A stretch of 64,000 nucleotides of DNA, from assembly GCA_963724535.1 (NCBI GenBank), contig CAVRVD010000011.1:43201-107200 (forward strand), written 5' to 3'. A program made the position numbers and the translations under genes. Source of the DNA: an uncultured Actinomycetota bacterium (lineage in GTDB: Bacteria > Actinomycetota > Actinomycetes > Actinomycetales > Kineosporiaceae). This document shows, piece after piece, positions 37,327-46,385 of this stretch. The number at the start of each line of letters is the position of its first letter. Position 1 is the first letter of the stretch. The notes under the pieces are model-generated. The model saw only the letters and a program-made list of their open reading frames with translations. It made no database searches and was not told the DNA's origin.

Positions 37327-38081
37327 GGCTGACGCGGCGTGCGCCGCGGGAGGAGGCGACCCACCACCCGACTCACCGCTTCGTCGCCCGCGATCCCCTG
37401 CATCCGTACGCCCTGCACGGTGTCCGAGGCCATGGACCCGGTCGACTCACGGATGATCTCGGGGAGGTCGATCCCGTCGATGACCTCCTCGGCCAGCCCG
37501 ACCAGGTCGATCCGGTCGATGATCTCGGACAGGTCGATACGCCGAGCCACGGCGTCGACGTCGAGTCGGGCAGCCACGGCGTCGACGTCGAGTCGGGCAG
37601 CCACGGCGTCGACGTCGAGTCGGGCAGCGACGGCGTCGACGTCAAGTCGGGCAGCCGCGGCGTCGAGGTCGACGTCTGCAACCAGCGCGTCGAGGTCGAC
37701 ATACCGCTGGACGGTGCCGGTCAGGTCCACCCGCTGCAGGATCGCGACGAGAACGGCCGGCACCACAGCGTCCAGGAGCGCGCCGAGAGTGCGACGGACC
37801 GAGTCACGCTCCTGGACGCCGCGTTGGGCCATGCCGTCCAGCCAGGCGCGTGGGGCATGCCCCGGCGAGAGCAGGGGCCTCAGCGCCACCCCTGCGACCG
37901 GCGTCAGGCCGGCGACGGCGCGCCGCCCCAGGCGCACAGCCCCCGTCGCCACGACAGCGGAGAGACCAGCGGCCACGTCAAGCGGAACGAGCGGCTCCCG
38001 GCCTGGTCGGGCATTCGCCTCGCCTGATGACGACGTGTCCACGTCACCATGGTGCCCACGCTCAGGCCGTCGGCGCCTCAC
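37323..38081 (-). CDS. hypothetical protein with 4.5 tandem 9-aa repeats (DVDAVAARL)
   Basis: 252-aa ORF; repeats are encoded by 27-bp tandem DNA repeats at 37551-37676. Overlaps the RDD gene start by 4 nt. No recognisable domain. Confidence 0.35.
   Translation of the reverse strand: MRRRRPERGHHGDVDTSSSGEANARPGREPLVPLDVAAGLSAVVATGAVRLGRRAVAGLTPVAGVALRPLLSPGHAPRAWLDGMAQRGVQERDSVRRTLGALLDAVVPAVLVAILQRVDLTGTVQRYVDLDALVADVDLDAAAARLDVDAVAARLDVDAVAARLDVDAVAARLDVDAVARRIDLSEIIDRIDLVGLAEEVIDGIDLPEIIRESTGSMASDTVQGVRMQGIAGDEAVSRVVGRLLPRRTPRQP
37551..37676. repeat. 27-bp tandem repeat (ggcgtcgacgtcgagtcgggcagccac) x about 4.6
   Basis: Read directly; encodes DVDAVAARL repeats on the minus strand. Confidence 0.65.
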
Positions 38082-38182
38082 CCTTCAGGTGCGAAGGACC
38101 GGGGGACGGCCTTCGTGGCGAGGGACCTGCTCCGGCCGCATGGTGGTGGGAGGATCAGCACGCCAGCACATGGAGGAGACCC

Positions 38183-38680
38183 GTGACCCGACCACAGCGT
38201 GAAACCCCCGGCGCCGGCCAGGAGTCGGTCTGGGACTATCCGAGACCACCCCGGCTGGAAGCCGTCGACGCCAGGATCGAGATCGTCCTCGGGGCAGTCC
38301 TGGTCGCCGCGACCGACCGGGCCATGCGGGTGCTGGAGACCAGCCACCCGCCCACGTACTACGTGCCCGCCACCGCGTTTGCCGACGGGTCATTGCGGCC
38401 AACGGCGGGCAGCTCGTTCTGCGAGTGGAAGGGCGAGGCCGCCTACTACGACGTCGTCGGCGGTGCACGGGTGGCGCCGCGGGCGGCGTGGACCTATCCC
38501 AGACCGACCAGCGGTTTCACGGCGCTCGTCGACCATGTGGCCGTGTACCCGGCGGCCATGGATCGGTGCACCCTGGACGGCGAGGAGGTGCGGCCTCAAC
38601 CGGGCGGCTTCTACGGAGGCTGGATCACCTCGCGCGTGGTCGGCCCGTTCAAGGGTGCGCCGGGGACGCAGCACTGGTGA
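38183..38680 (+). CDS. DUF427 domain-containing protein
   Basis: 'ESVWDYPRPPRLE...HPPTYYVP...FCEWKGEAAYYDV...AWTYPRPTSGFTALVDHVAVYP...CTLDGEEVRPQPGGFYGGWITSRVVGPFKG' is a duplicated DUF427 pattern. GTG start inside track ORF 37850..38680. Confidence 0.6.
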   Translation: MTRPQRETPGAGQESVWDYPRPPRLEAVDARIEIVLGAVLVAATDRAMRVLETSHPPTYYVPATAFADGSLRPTAGSSFCEWKGEAAYYDVVGGARVAPRAAWTYPRPTSGFTALVDHVAVYPAAMDRCTLDGEEVRPQPGGFYGGWITSRVVGPFKGAPGTQHW

Positions 38681-40058
38681 CCCGCAGCGTGTCGACGACG
38701 CTCGCCAGGGTGCGCTCGTCGCCGACGTTGCCGGCGAAGATGACGTACGGGACGTCGGTCGACTCGGGTGCCGCGGACACGGGCCGCACGACGCTGACCA
38801 TCCCGGCCAGCAGCTGGCCGACGACGACGCCCCGGCGCATACCCAGCCCGCGCACAGCCACGTCGTGCGAGGTGATCCCACCCTTGGCCAGCACCCACCG
38901 GGGGCCGGCTGCCAGAGTTCCCCGGACGACGTCCGCCACGCCGGACGACACGGCGCGGGCCACGTCCAGGCCCGCTGGCCGACCGTCAGCGGTGAGCACG
39001 GTCCGGCTGGTGACGAGCAGGACGTCGGCTTGCGCAAGCGCTACGCCCGCCTGGCGGGCCACGGTCCGAACGTAGTCCTCCCGCTGCGGGCCGAGCAGCC
39101 GCGCGGCGTCCAGCTCCCGCTCGACCAGGCCACCTCTGGCGCGCAGCACGTCCAGCTGGCGGTTGGTCAGCCCGACGTGCGAGCCGACCACGACCAGCCC
39201 ATACCCCGACGGCCGGCCGGCGGGCCAGATCTCCTTCGCGGTCAGGGGGTCTCGCGGCTCCAAGCCGGCCAGAGCCCGGACCAGCGACGGACCGCTGCGG
39301 TGCAGGAACGACCGTCCCGACGACTCGAGCTCCAGCAGACCCAGGACCAGCACCTCCAGGTCGGCGTAGTCGGTCGCGTTGACCACCACGAACCGGCCGC
39401 CCTCGACCTGCGCCAGCAGCTGCGCCACCCGCGACGGCCCGCCGAGGCGGATGTCCTCGAGGGTCACGGCGTGCACGTCGCTGCGGTCGACGGCTCCGCG
39501 GCTCTTCTCGACCACCCAGTCGCGCAGATCGGAGGAGTGGAAACCGAACGCCGAGTCGCGGGCGAACTCGGTCTGCCCCACCGGCACGTCCCGCCCGTCG
39601 ATCCGCGCGTAGTGGATGTTGCCCGCGGTGAACCGGCCGGCCTCCAGATAGGCAGGCACCAGCAGCACCCCGTCGTAGCCCCGGCCCAGCACCTCGCGGC
39701 GTGCGGCGTCCAGGGCCCGAACCTCGGCGAGGAGGTGCCCCCGCAGGGTGGAGTCGCTGCGGCTGACCAGGCTGACCGGCGCGTCCAGGCGCCGGCCCAG
39801 GTGCAGCAGCTCGCGACCTGCGTCGCGGCTGAGCCGGTAGGCCTCCTCCGCGGATCGGCTGCGCGAGTTGGTCAGCACGAAGCAGGTCGAACCCGGCTCG
39901 GCCAGGGCGCGGGCATACTCGGCGGCCTCGGGCGCGAACACGACGGTGACGTCATGCACGGCCTGGGACCCGGTCGGGTCGTCGTCCAGGACGGCGATCC
40001 GGCGCCCGCTGGCGCGGTTCGCCGCCCGGATCCGTTGCCGCGCCTGCGTTGTCATGGC
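38649..40058 (-). CDS. four-carbon acid sugar kinase family protein (DUF1537/DUF4392; OtnK-like)
   Basis: 'IAVLDDDPTGSQAV' is the N-terminal sugar-binding motif. About 470 aa from the internal Met of track ORF 38649..40166. Confidence 0.6.
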   Translation of the reverse strand, partial: AMTTQARQRIRAANRASGRRIAVLDDDPTGSQAVHDVTVVFAPEAAEYARALAEPGSTCFVLTNSRSRSAEEAYRLSRDAGRELLHLGRRLDAPVSLVSRSDSTLRGHLLAEVRALDAARREVLGRGYDGVLLVPAYLEAGRFTAGNIHYARIDGRDVPVGQTEFARDSAFGFHSSDLRDWVVEKSRGAVDRSDVHAVTLEDIRLGGPSRVAQLLAQVEGGRFVVVNATDYADLEVLVLGLLELESSGRSFLHRSGPSLVRALAGLEPRDPLTAKEIWPAGRPSGYGLVVVGSHVGLTNRQLDVLRARGGLVERELDAARLLGPQREDYVRTVARQAGVALAQADVLLVTSRTVLTADGRPAGLDVARAVSSGVADVVRGTLAAGPRWVLAKGGITSHDVAVRGLGMRRGVVVGQLLAGMVSVVRPVSAAPESTDVPYVIFAGNVGDERTLASVVDTLRVTSAASPAHP

Positions 40059-40074
40059 CGCACCGCCGTCCGGG

Positions 40075-40854
40075 TCAGGAGACCTGCAGGCCGCCGTTGA
40101 TGTCGTAGGTGGCCGCGGTGATGTACCCGGCGTCCGGGCCGCACAAGAACGCCAGCAGGGCGGCAACCTCCTGCGCGGTGCCCACCCGACCTACCGGCAT
40201 GCCGACCGTCATCTCCCGCTTGCGTTCCTCGGTGAGGGCGCCGCCCATGATGTCGGTGTCCACCGGTCCAGGGGCGAGGCAGTTGACCGTGATCCCGTAC
40301 TCGCCCATCTCCCGGGCCAACGCCCGGGTCAGCCCGATCACTCCGGCCTTCGCGGCGCTGTAGGCGACCTTGGAGTAGGTTCCGCCGCCACGCTGGGCCG
40401 AGATCGACGACACGCTGACCACGCGCCCGAACCGGCGCTGCACCATGCCCGGGACCACCCGGCGGGTCACCAGGTAGGTGCCCTTCAGGTTGACGTCGAC
40501 GACGCGGTCCCACTCGGCGGTGTCCAGGTCCAGGAAGGCGACCGGCGAGCTCACGCCGGCGACGTTCACCAGGGCCGCGACCGGTGCCAGCCGCGCCTCG
40601 ACCTCGTTCATGGCTGCGTGCACGGAGGCCTCGTCGGCGACGTCGACCGCCAGGCCCAGCGTCGCCACCGCGTGCTCCTCGGCGATCTCGGCCGCCACCT
40701 GGCGAGCGCCGCCGCCGTCGACGTCCAGCACCGCCACCGACCAGCCATCGCGGGCGAGCCGGGCGGCGGTGGCGCGGCCGATGCCGCGACGGGACCCCGC
40801 CCCGGTCACCACCGCGGTGCGCTGCTCGGGAAAACCCGGGACGTCGTCGCCCAT
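40075..40854 (-). CDS. SDR-family oxidoreductase (FabG-like)
   Basis: 'VVTGAGSRRGIGRATA' (TGxxxGxG), 'NVAG' and the catalytic 'YSAAKAGVIGLTRA' (YxxxK). ATG inside track ORF 40075..41706. Confidence 0.75.
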   Translation of the reverse strand: MGDDVPGFPEQRTAVVTGAGSRRGIGRATAARLARDGWSVAVLDVDGGGARQVAAEIAEEHAVATLGLAVDVADEASVHAAMNEVEARLAPVAALVNVAGVSSPVAFLDLDTAEWDRVVDVNLKGTYLVTRRVVPGMVQRRFGRVVSVSSISAQRGGGTYSKVAYSAAKAGVIGLTRALAREMGEYGITVNCLAPGPVDTDIMGGALTEERKREMTVGMPVGRVGTAQEVAALLAFLCGPDAGYITAATYDINGGLQVS

Positions 40855-41019
40855 CGTCGTTGCCCTCCTGCCTGTCGACACGACCACCTTGGGTGGTGCG
40901 GGTGTGGCCTGTCGAGACGTGGCCCACGTGACCGACGCCGTGCCGGTCGGCCTGACGGGCGCCATGGCCCGGGGGCCACAAGTCTGGTCTCGATCGGTGG
41001 ACCGTGGAAGCGTTGAGTC

Positions 41020-41949
41020 ATGACGCTCGAGATCCGCGACGTCGGGCACTCGTTCGGCGACCGGGTGGCCCTGGACGGGGTCGGTCTCGTTGTCGTGCCG
41101 GGAGTGCTCACCGGGCTGCTCGGGCCGAACGGCGCCGGGAAGACGACGCTGCTGCGCATCATGCTCGGGGTGTTGAGCCCCGACCGGGGCGAGGTGCGCT
41201 ACGACGGCCATACCGTCGGTGAGGAAGACCGTCGCCACTGGGGATACATGCCTCAGGAGCGGGGGCTCTACCCCGGCATGCGGGCCGGTGACCAGGTCGT
41301 CCACTTCGGCCGCCTGCACGGGCTCTCCCGACGCGACGCCACAGATCGGGCGCACGCCCTGCTCGCTGAGCTCGACCTGGACGATCGCTGGAACGAGCGC
41401 ACCGACAAGCTCTCCGGCGGCATGCAGCAGCGGTTGCAACTGGCTGCCGCCCTGGTCCACGACCCGGAGGTGATCGTGCTCGACGAGCCCTTCAGCGGTC
41501 TGGACCCGGTGGCGGTGGCCAGCTTGTCCGAGACCCTGCGGCAGCGGGCCCGGGCCGGCCGGACGATGCTGTTCTCCAGCCACCAGCTCGACCTCGTCCA
41601 GGACCTCTGCGAGGACATCGCCATGGTCGACCGGGGCCGCACGGTGCTCCACGGAAACGTGGCGACGTTGCGGGCCTCCTCCGGGCGGCGCCAGCTCCGA
41701 CTGCACCTCGCATCGCCCAATCGCGAGTGGCTGCGCGCCTTCCCAGACGTCGCAGTGATCAGCGACGAGGCCGACGACCTGCGTCTTGGCCTGCCTCAGG
41801 GCATCGACCCCCTCGACGTTCTGGACGCCGCTCGGGCGACCGGGCGGGTCGTCGACTTCGGCCTCGACCTGCCCACCCTGTCGCAGCTCTTCCTGGCGGC
41901 CGCGGGCCGCACCCCCGACCGGGCCGTCGACCGGGCCGGGGCGCGCTGA
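41020..41949 (+). CDS. ABC transporter ATP-binding protein
   Basis: Walker A 'GPNGAGKTT', signature 'LSGGMQQRL', Walker B 'VIVLDEPFSGLD'. Confidence 0.8.
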   Translation: MTLEIRDVGHSFGDRVALDGVGLVVVPGVLTGLLGPNGAGKTTLLRIMLGVLSPDRGEVRYDGHTVGEEDRRHWGYMPQERGLYPGMRAGDQVVHFGRLHGLSRRDATDRAHALLAELDLDDRWNERTDKLSGGMQQRLQLAAALVHDPEVIVLDEPFSGLDPVAVASLSETLRQRARAGRTMLFSSHQLDLVQDLCEDIAMVDRGRTVLHGNVATLRASSGRRQLRLHLASPNREWLRAFPDVAVISDEADDLRLGLPQGIDPLDVLDAARATGRVVDFGLDLPTLSQLFLAAAGRTPDRAVDRAGAR

Positions 41950-43127
41950 TGCGTACCTGGTGGTCGGGCACGCGTCTGGTCGCCCAACGCGGGCTGCTCG
42001 AGAACGTGAGGTCCCGGACCTTCAAGATCGTCACCGGCCTGCTGTTCGTGCTGTCCGTGGCCGCCGTCGTGCTGCCGCAGATCCTCGGTGGGGGAGCCAC
42101 CACCCACACCCTGGCCACCGTCGGCAGCGCCCCCCCGGACGTGGTGGCGGCCCTCAACGTCGCAGGGAGTTCCGCGGACTTCGGGGTCGAGTACCTGGCC
42201 CGCCCGGACGAGGACGCCGTACGGAACGCGGTGCGCGACGGTGAGGCGACCGCAGGTCTGGCCGGGCAGCGGCTGTACACCTCGGCGACGGGGACGGGGA
42301 CCTTCCCGGTCGTGGTGGCCCAGGTCGTGGCCGCGGTCGAGATGTCACGCCAGCTGACCGAGGCCGGACTGAGCCCGGAGCAGATCGCGCGGATCCAGTC
42401 GGTCCGGCCGCCCGAGCAGGTCACCGTCGGCCCGGCGAACGACGCCTCGCGGGCCGGGGCCGGGTTCGCCGTCGGGATCGTCCTGTACATGGCGCTCGTC
42501 TTCGCCGGCAACGCCATCTCCACAACCGTCGCGATGGAGAAGTCCACGCGCATCTCCGAGGTGCTGCTCGCCGTCCTGCGCCCCAGCCAGGTGCTGGTCG
42601 GCACCGTGGCGGCGGTCGGCCTGGTCACGCTCCTGCAGCTGCTCGTGCTCGCCACCCCGCTGGCCGTCGCGGTGCAGGTCACCGACACCATCGGTCTGCC
42701 TGCCGTAGCGGCCGGCGACATCTCCCTCGCCGTGGCGTGGTTCCTGCTCGGCTTCGTGCTCTACGCGTTCCTGTTCGCGGCCGCCGCGGCCCTGGTGGAC
42801 AAGATCACCGAAGTGGGATCGGCGATCATGCCCGTCATGGTGGTCCTCGTCGGCGGCTACATCCTGGGGATCACCGTGGTCACGGCCGACCCGGGTGGCG
42901 GGTGGAGCATTGCGGCGTCGATCTTCCCGCTCACCGCACCGTTGGCCATGCCGATCCGATGGGCCTCCGGCGAAGTCCCTGTCTACCAGCTGCTGCTGGC
43001 CATGGCCGTGACCGCGACCACGGCGATGCTGCTGATCTCCCTCGCCTCCTCGATCTACCGGCGCGCCCTGGTGATCACCGGCCGCCGGGTGAAGCTGCGC
43101 GAGGTGATCGGCGGCCGCCTCGGGTAG
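41949..43127 (+). CDS. ABC-2 family transporter permease
   Basis: 392 aa. ATG overlaps the ATPase stop. One N-terminal TM, a large extracytoplasmic loop, then five TM helices. Confidence 0.65.
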   Translation: MRTWWSGTRLVAQRGLLENVRSRTFKIVTGLLFVLSVAAVVLPQILGGGATTHTLATVGSAPPDVVAALNVAGSSADFGVEYLARPDEDAVRNAVRDGEATAGLAGQRLYTSATGTGTFPVVVAQVVAAVEMSRQLTEAGLSPEQIARIQSVRPPEQVTVGPANDASRAGAGFAVGIVLYMALVFAGNAISTTVAMEKSTRISEVLLAVLRPSQVLVGTVAAVGLVTLLQLLVLATPLAVAVQVTDTIGLPAVAAGDISLAVAWFLLGFVLYAFLFAAAAALVDKITEVGSAIMPVMVVLVGGYILGITVVTADPGGGWSIAASIFPLTAPLAMPIRWASGEVPVYQLLLAMAVTATTAMLLISLASSIYRRALVITGRRVKLREVIGGRLG

Positions 43128-43362
43128 CACCGCAGGCCCCCGGGCTGGGCGGGCGGGCCTGCTGGTGTGAGCTACTCGCTCGAGGTGCGGTCGGTGTCGC
43201 CGGCAACCGCTCGGCCTGCTCAGGCCCGTCGCCGCCCGTCCTCGGGCTGAGGCGTATCCCCCATCGACCCATGCCAAGGAGGGTGAATCCCCCGACGCCC
43301 CAACGCCCCTGCGCTTCCTACCTTCTAGCCATCCGACGTTGCGCAGATCGAGGGAGGCCACC

Positions 43363-43779
43363 GTGTTGATCAGAGTTCCGGACAGCTGGCCGCAGCCTCT
43401 CGTTGCCGCACTGGCCATGCTCGCTCTGGCAGTGCTGGACCTTGCCGGGGCCTTCGCGGCCAAGGAGGCTGTCGAACGCCGTTCACCGGTGATCGCCGGG
43501 CTCGGTGCCATCGCCTTTCTGCTGCTGTTCTGGGTCTACGCCAGCAGCCTGCAGTACGCCGAGCTGGCTCCGGTCACCCTGGGCTGGATCGTCCTGCTCC
43601 AGGTGGGTGTCCTGCTCCTGGACCGGTTCCGCTACGACGCACACCTCCCACACGGCGCCTGGGTCGCGGTCGTGGTGATCCTCGCGGCGCAGGTCTACCT
43701 GGTGTTCCTGCCGGGCTCGGCCGACCTCGGCGCACGTGGTCCCGAACGGGCGCGCGCCTCCGCACAGAGCACCGAGTAA
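43363..43779 (+). CDS. small four-TM membrane protein (DMT/SMR-like fold)
   Basis: 138 aa from a GTG in track ORF 43339..43779. Four hydrophobic helices with a paired short-loop topology. Family assignment tentative. Confidence 0.4.
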   Translation: MLIRVPDSWPQPLVAALAMLALAVLDLAGAFAAKEAVERRSPVIAGLGAIAFLLLFWVYASSLQYAELAPVTLGWIVLLQVGVLLLDRFRYDAHLPHGAWVAVVVILAAQVYLVFLPGSADLGARGPERARASAQSTE

Positions 43780-43816
43780 CGATCCGCACATACTCCGACG
43801 TCGGGCACGTGTGAGA

Positions 43817-44581
43817 ATGGTGCCGATGACTGGTTCCACGCCCGAAGTGCAAGCACCGCAGCGAAAGAAGGGTCCTCTCGGCCTGCACGCCCCGCAGCTG
43901 CTCAGCGGTGCCCTGGCCGCGGTGACGACCGCTCTGCTGGCCTCCCGACTCGGGGTGAACGGCACCATCGTCGGCGCCGCGTTCGGGTCCGTGATCAGCG
44001 CCGTGGGCGGTGCGTTCTACACCCGTTCCCTCGACCAGGCCCAGCAGCGGGTCGTGATCACGCGTGACCGGTTGGCCGCCCGAACGCTCCCACTCGGCGG
44101 CGGGTCGAACCAGAGTGACGTCGACAAGACCGGGGTGGAGGAGACCGAGGTGGAGCCGGACGGCGAGGCAGCCGCCCCGGTTGTCGGGGAGCCGACGCCC
44201 GGCGAGGAGGCACCCTCCGGTGAGCAGCTGCCTCGCCGGCGCGGCTGGAAGCCCTGGGCGATCGTTGCCCTGGGTTTCTTCGCCGTCGCGATGCTCGCCA
44301 TCACGCTGATCGAGACCGTCCTTGGCCACCCCGTGTCGGGCAGCTCCGATCAGGGCACGACCGTGACCCGCCTCTGGCAGGGCGGGTCGCCGTCCGAACC
44401 CCTCCCGAGCCCGTCGGTGGACCCGAGCGCGACGCCCTCCGGCGAGGCCAGCCCCGACCCGAGTGCCGACGTCTCCCCCTCATCCGTCGAGACGGCGCTG
44501 GTCGAACCGAGCCCCGGTGACACCGCCACCGACCAGCCCACCGAACCGGCGCCCACCGAGCCGGCGCCGTCCCGGAGCTGA
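43817..44581 (+). CDS. hypothetical membrane protein with Pro/Glu/Ser-rich tail
   Basis: ATG inside track ORF 43736..44581. Two TM helices ('LLSGALAAVTTALLA', 'WAIVALGFFAVAMLAITLI') and a low-complexity acidic C-terminus. Confidence 0.4.
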   Translation: MVPMTGSTPEVQAPQRKKGPLGLHAPQLLSGALAAVTTALLASRLGVNGTIVGAAFGSVISAVGGAFYTRSLDQAQQRVVITRDRLAARTLPLGGGSNQSDVDKTGVEETEVEPDGEAAAPVVGEPTPGEEAPSGEQLPRRRGWKPWAIVALGFFAVAMLAITLIETVLGHPVSGSSDQGTTVTRLWQGGSPSEPLPSPSVDPSATPSGEASPDPSADVSPSSVETALVEPSPGDTATDQPTEPAPTEPAPSRS

Positions 44582-44598
44582 CCAGCGGCCATCCTCGG

Positions 44599-44982
44599 CT
44601 AGACCGGGCCACCGCCTCCGCTGACCGGCGCGTCGTAGTACCGGAACGTCACGCGCGTGGTCGTCCCGCTGCAGGTGTAGGTGATGTAGGCGCGGTCGCT
44701 GCTGTTCCAGGTCTTGAAGGTGAACCAGGACCGCCAGGAGGGCTTGATCTTCAGTCCGCCGCGCGACGCTCCGTAGTAGAAGCCGACGGCACGCCACCGC
44801 CCGCCGCAGTTGAGGCTGATGTCGATGTTCCGCCCGCCGGACTGCCCGATGAGCACGGAGGTGCTGCTGTCCGCGGCCTGCGCGTTCCCCGGCGCGAAGG
44901 TGACCGCCGTGACCGCGAGGACCAGGGCAACGGCGAGCCGAGCGAGGGGACGGCTCGGGGCAGGACTACGCATGTGGGCCAT
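44599..44982 (-). CDS. small secreted hypothetical protein
   Basis: 127 aa. Sec-type signal 'LARLAVALVLAVTAVTFAPGNAQA' with an AQA-A cleavage-like site, then a beta-rich Gly/Ser/Thr/Tyr body. Confidence 0.45.
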   Translation of the reverse strand: MAHMRSPAPSRPLARLAVALVLAVTAVTFAPGNAQAADSSTSVLIGQSGGRNIDISLNCGGRWRAVGFYYGASRGGLKIKPSWRSWFTFKTWNSSDRAYITYTCSGTTTRVTFRYYDAPVSGGGGPV

Positions 44983-45157
44983 CGCGTCACCGTAGTGGCA
45001 CCTCTATTCGGGTCAAAGCGGACGGGACCGACCCGCATCACCCGAGGTAGCGGATCTGGGCCGGAACCGGCGTTCGGCTCCTACCTCGCCGTGCTGGCCG
45101 CCGCCGTCATGATGTGGCGGCCAGCAGCCGACCCTGGCACCGGCGCAGCCTCGTCCA

Positions 45158-45670
45158 TCACCGCGGCGGCGGGTCCGACCTGCCGGGCTTCGTGGTCCGG
45201 GCCGCCGAGGTCCACACCGAGAACGCCCAGAGGCCGGGCGCCCACGCCATCGGCCCCCATCCGGCGAACGCCGCCGTGCCGCCGGGCCCAGACGTGACCG
45301 GCACGTCCGCCGTCCGGGCCTGGCCGGCAGCGGCCGCGGTCGGTCCGGTAGCGGTCGACCCACCGCCGTCCGGCCCCGGCGCCGATGGCCGTGCCGCCGG
45401 TCTGGAACGACCCCCCGCCGCGGCGGCCCGATGCCGAGCCCAGTGCCGGGTCCGGTCGTAGCGGGTCCGGCTGGTCCGGTCGGACAGCACGGCATAGGCC
45501 GCACAGACCTCCTTGAACTTCAGCTCGGACCGGGGGCACCCGGCGTTGACGTCGGGGTGGTGACGACGGACCATGCCGCGGTAGGCGTGCTTGAGGCCCT
45601 CGTCGGTGATGTCGTCGGGTACGCCGAGGACGGCGTACAGGTCGTGGGCCAACCACTGTTGTGGAGCCAT
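45158..45670 (-). CDS. J-domain (DnaJ N-terminal domain) protein
   Basis: 'DLYAVLGVPDDITDEGLKHAYRGMVRRHHPDVN' contains the HPD tripeptide. A low-complexity Ala/Gly/Pro tail follows, with no DnaJ Zn-finger or C-terminal domains. Confidence 0.6.
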   Translation of the reverse strand: MAPQQWLAHDLYAVLGVPDDITDEGLKHAYRGMVRRHHPDVNAGCPRSELKFKEVCAAYAVLSDRTSRTRYDRTRHWARHRAAAAGGRSRPAARPSAPGPDGGGSTATGPTAAAAGQARTADVPVTSGPGGTAAFAGWGPMAWAPGLWAFSVWTSAARTTKPGRSDPPPR

Positions 45671-46039
45671 GCCGAAACCCCTTCCAAAGGGGGTGGTGCC
45701 AGCGGCGACCCCAGATGGTACGGGTCGCGGGAGGCTGACAGGTTTCGTCACGACGGGCTGCGATGCGACGTCGTGCTCGGCTCCTTCGCCGGGGAAGACG
45801 TGCCCCAGCGTAGTCGCTCAGACACCGATCCGCCGACTCGCGGGGACCGAGATGCTCGCCACCTGGCCCGCGACCTGTCCTCGTCCCCGTCTGACGTGCC
45901 GCTTGACCCGACGCACCGTCCACCACACGGCCGGCACCGCGACCGGGATCGCCACGCCGATCGAGATGCCGGGGTCGACCGGCGCACCGGCCGCCGCCCA
46001 GCGTCAGCAGCCGGTGCAGCAGCTCTTCGTCGTTGCTGT

Positions 46040-46087
46040 CCTGCTCGTCGAACGGCCTGCTCGTCGAACGGCCTGCTCGTCGAACGG
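46040..46087. repeat. 16-bp perfect tandem repeat (cctgctcgtcgaacgg) x3 in an intergenic region
   Basis: Read directly; between the J-domain gene and the DASS transporter, about 130 bp before the 16-bp palindrome. Confidence 0.6.
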
Positions 46088-46214
46088 CCGGGTGACGACC
46101 GCCAGCCGAGCCTGGGTGTCGGCCACGGGTCCACGTGCGCCCCGACCAGGACGACGAACCGCGATGTGCCGATCCGTCGCATCGGGTCCGGTCCGGGCGG
46201 ACCGAGCTGGCAGC

Positions 46215-46230
46215 ATACCCCTAGGGGTAT
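46215..46230. promoter_or_regulatory. perfect 16-bp palindrome ATACCCCTAGGGGTAT about 155 bp upstream of the DASS transporter gene
   Basis: Read directly; embedded in a locally AT-richer segment (…gcagcatacccctaggggtatctaattgg…). Confidence 0.45.
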
Positions 46231-46385
46231 CTAATTGGGTGGTAGCCTCCGTCCCCGACACCCCCGTCCCTCGGCTGCCCGAACGGGGCGCTCATCTGCA
46301 CCGTGAGACCGGCGCGCCACACATCGTCAAGCCCTGACCCCCGCTGACGTCCCACTTCCGTGGTTTCACATCGCTGGAGGCAGCC

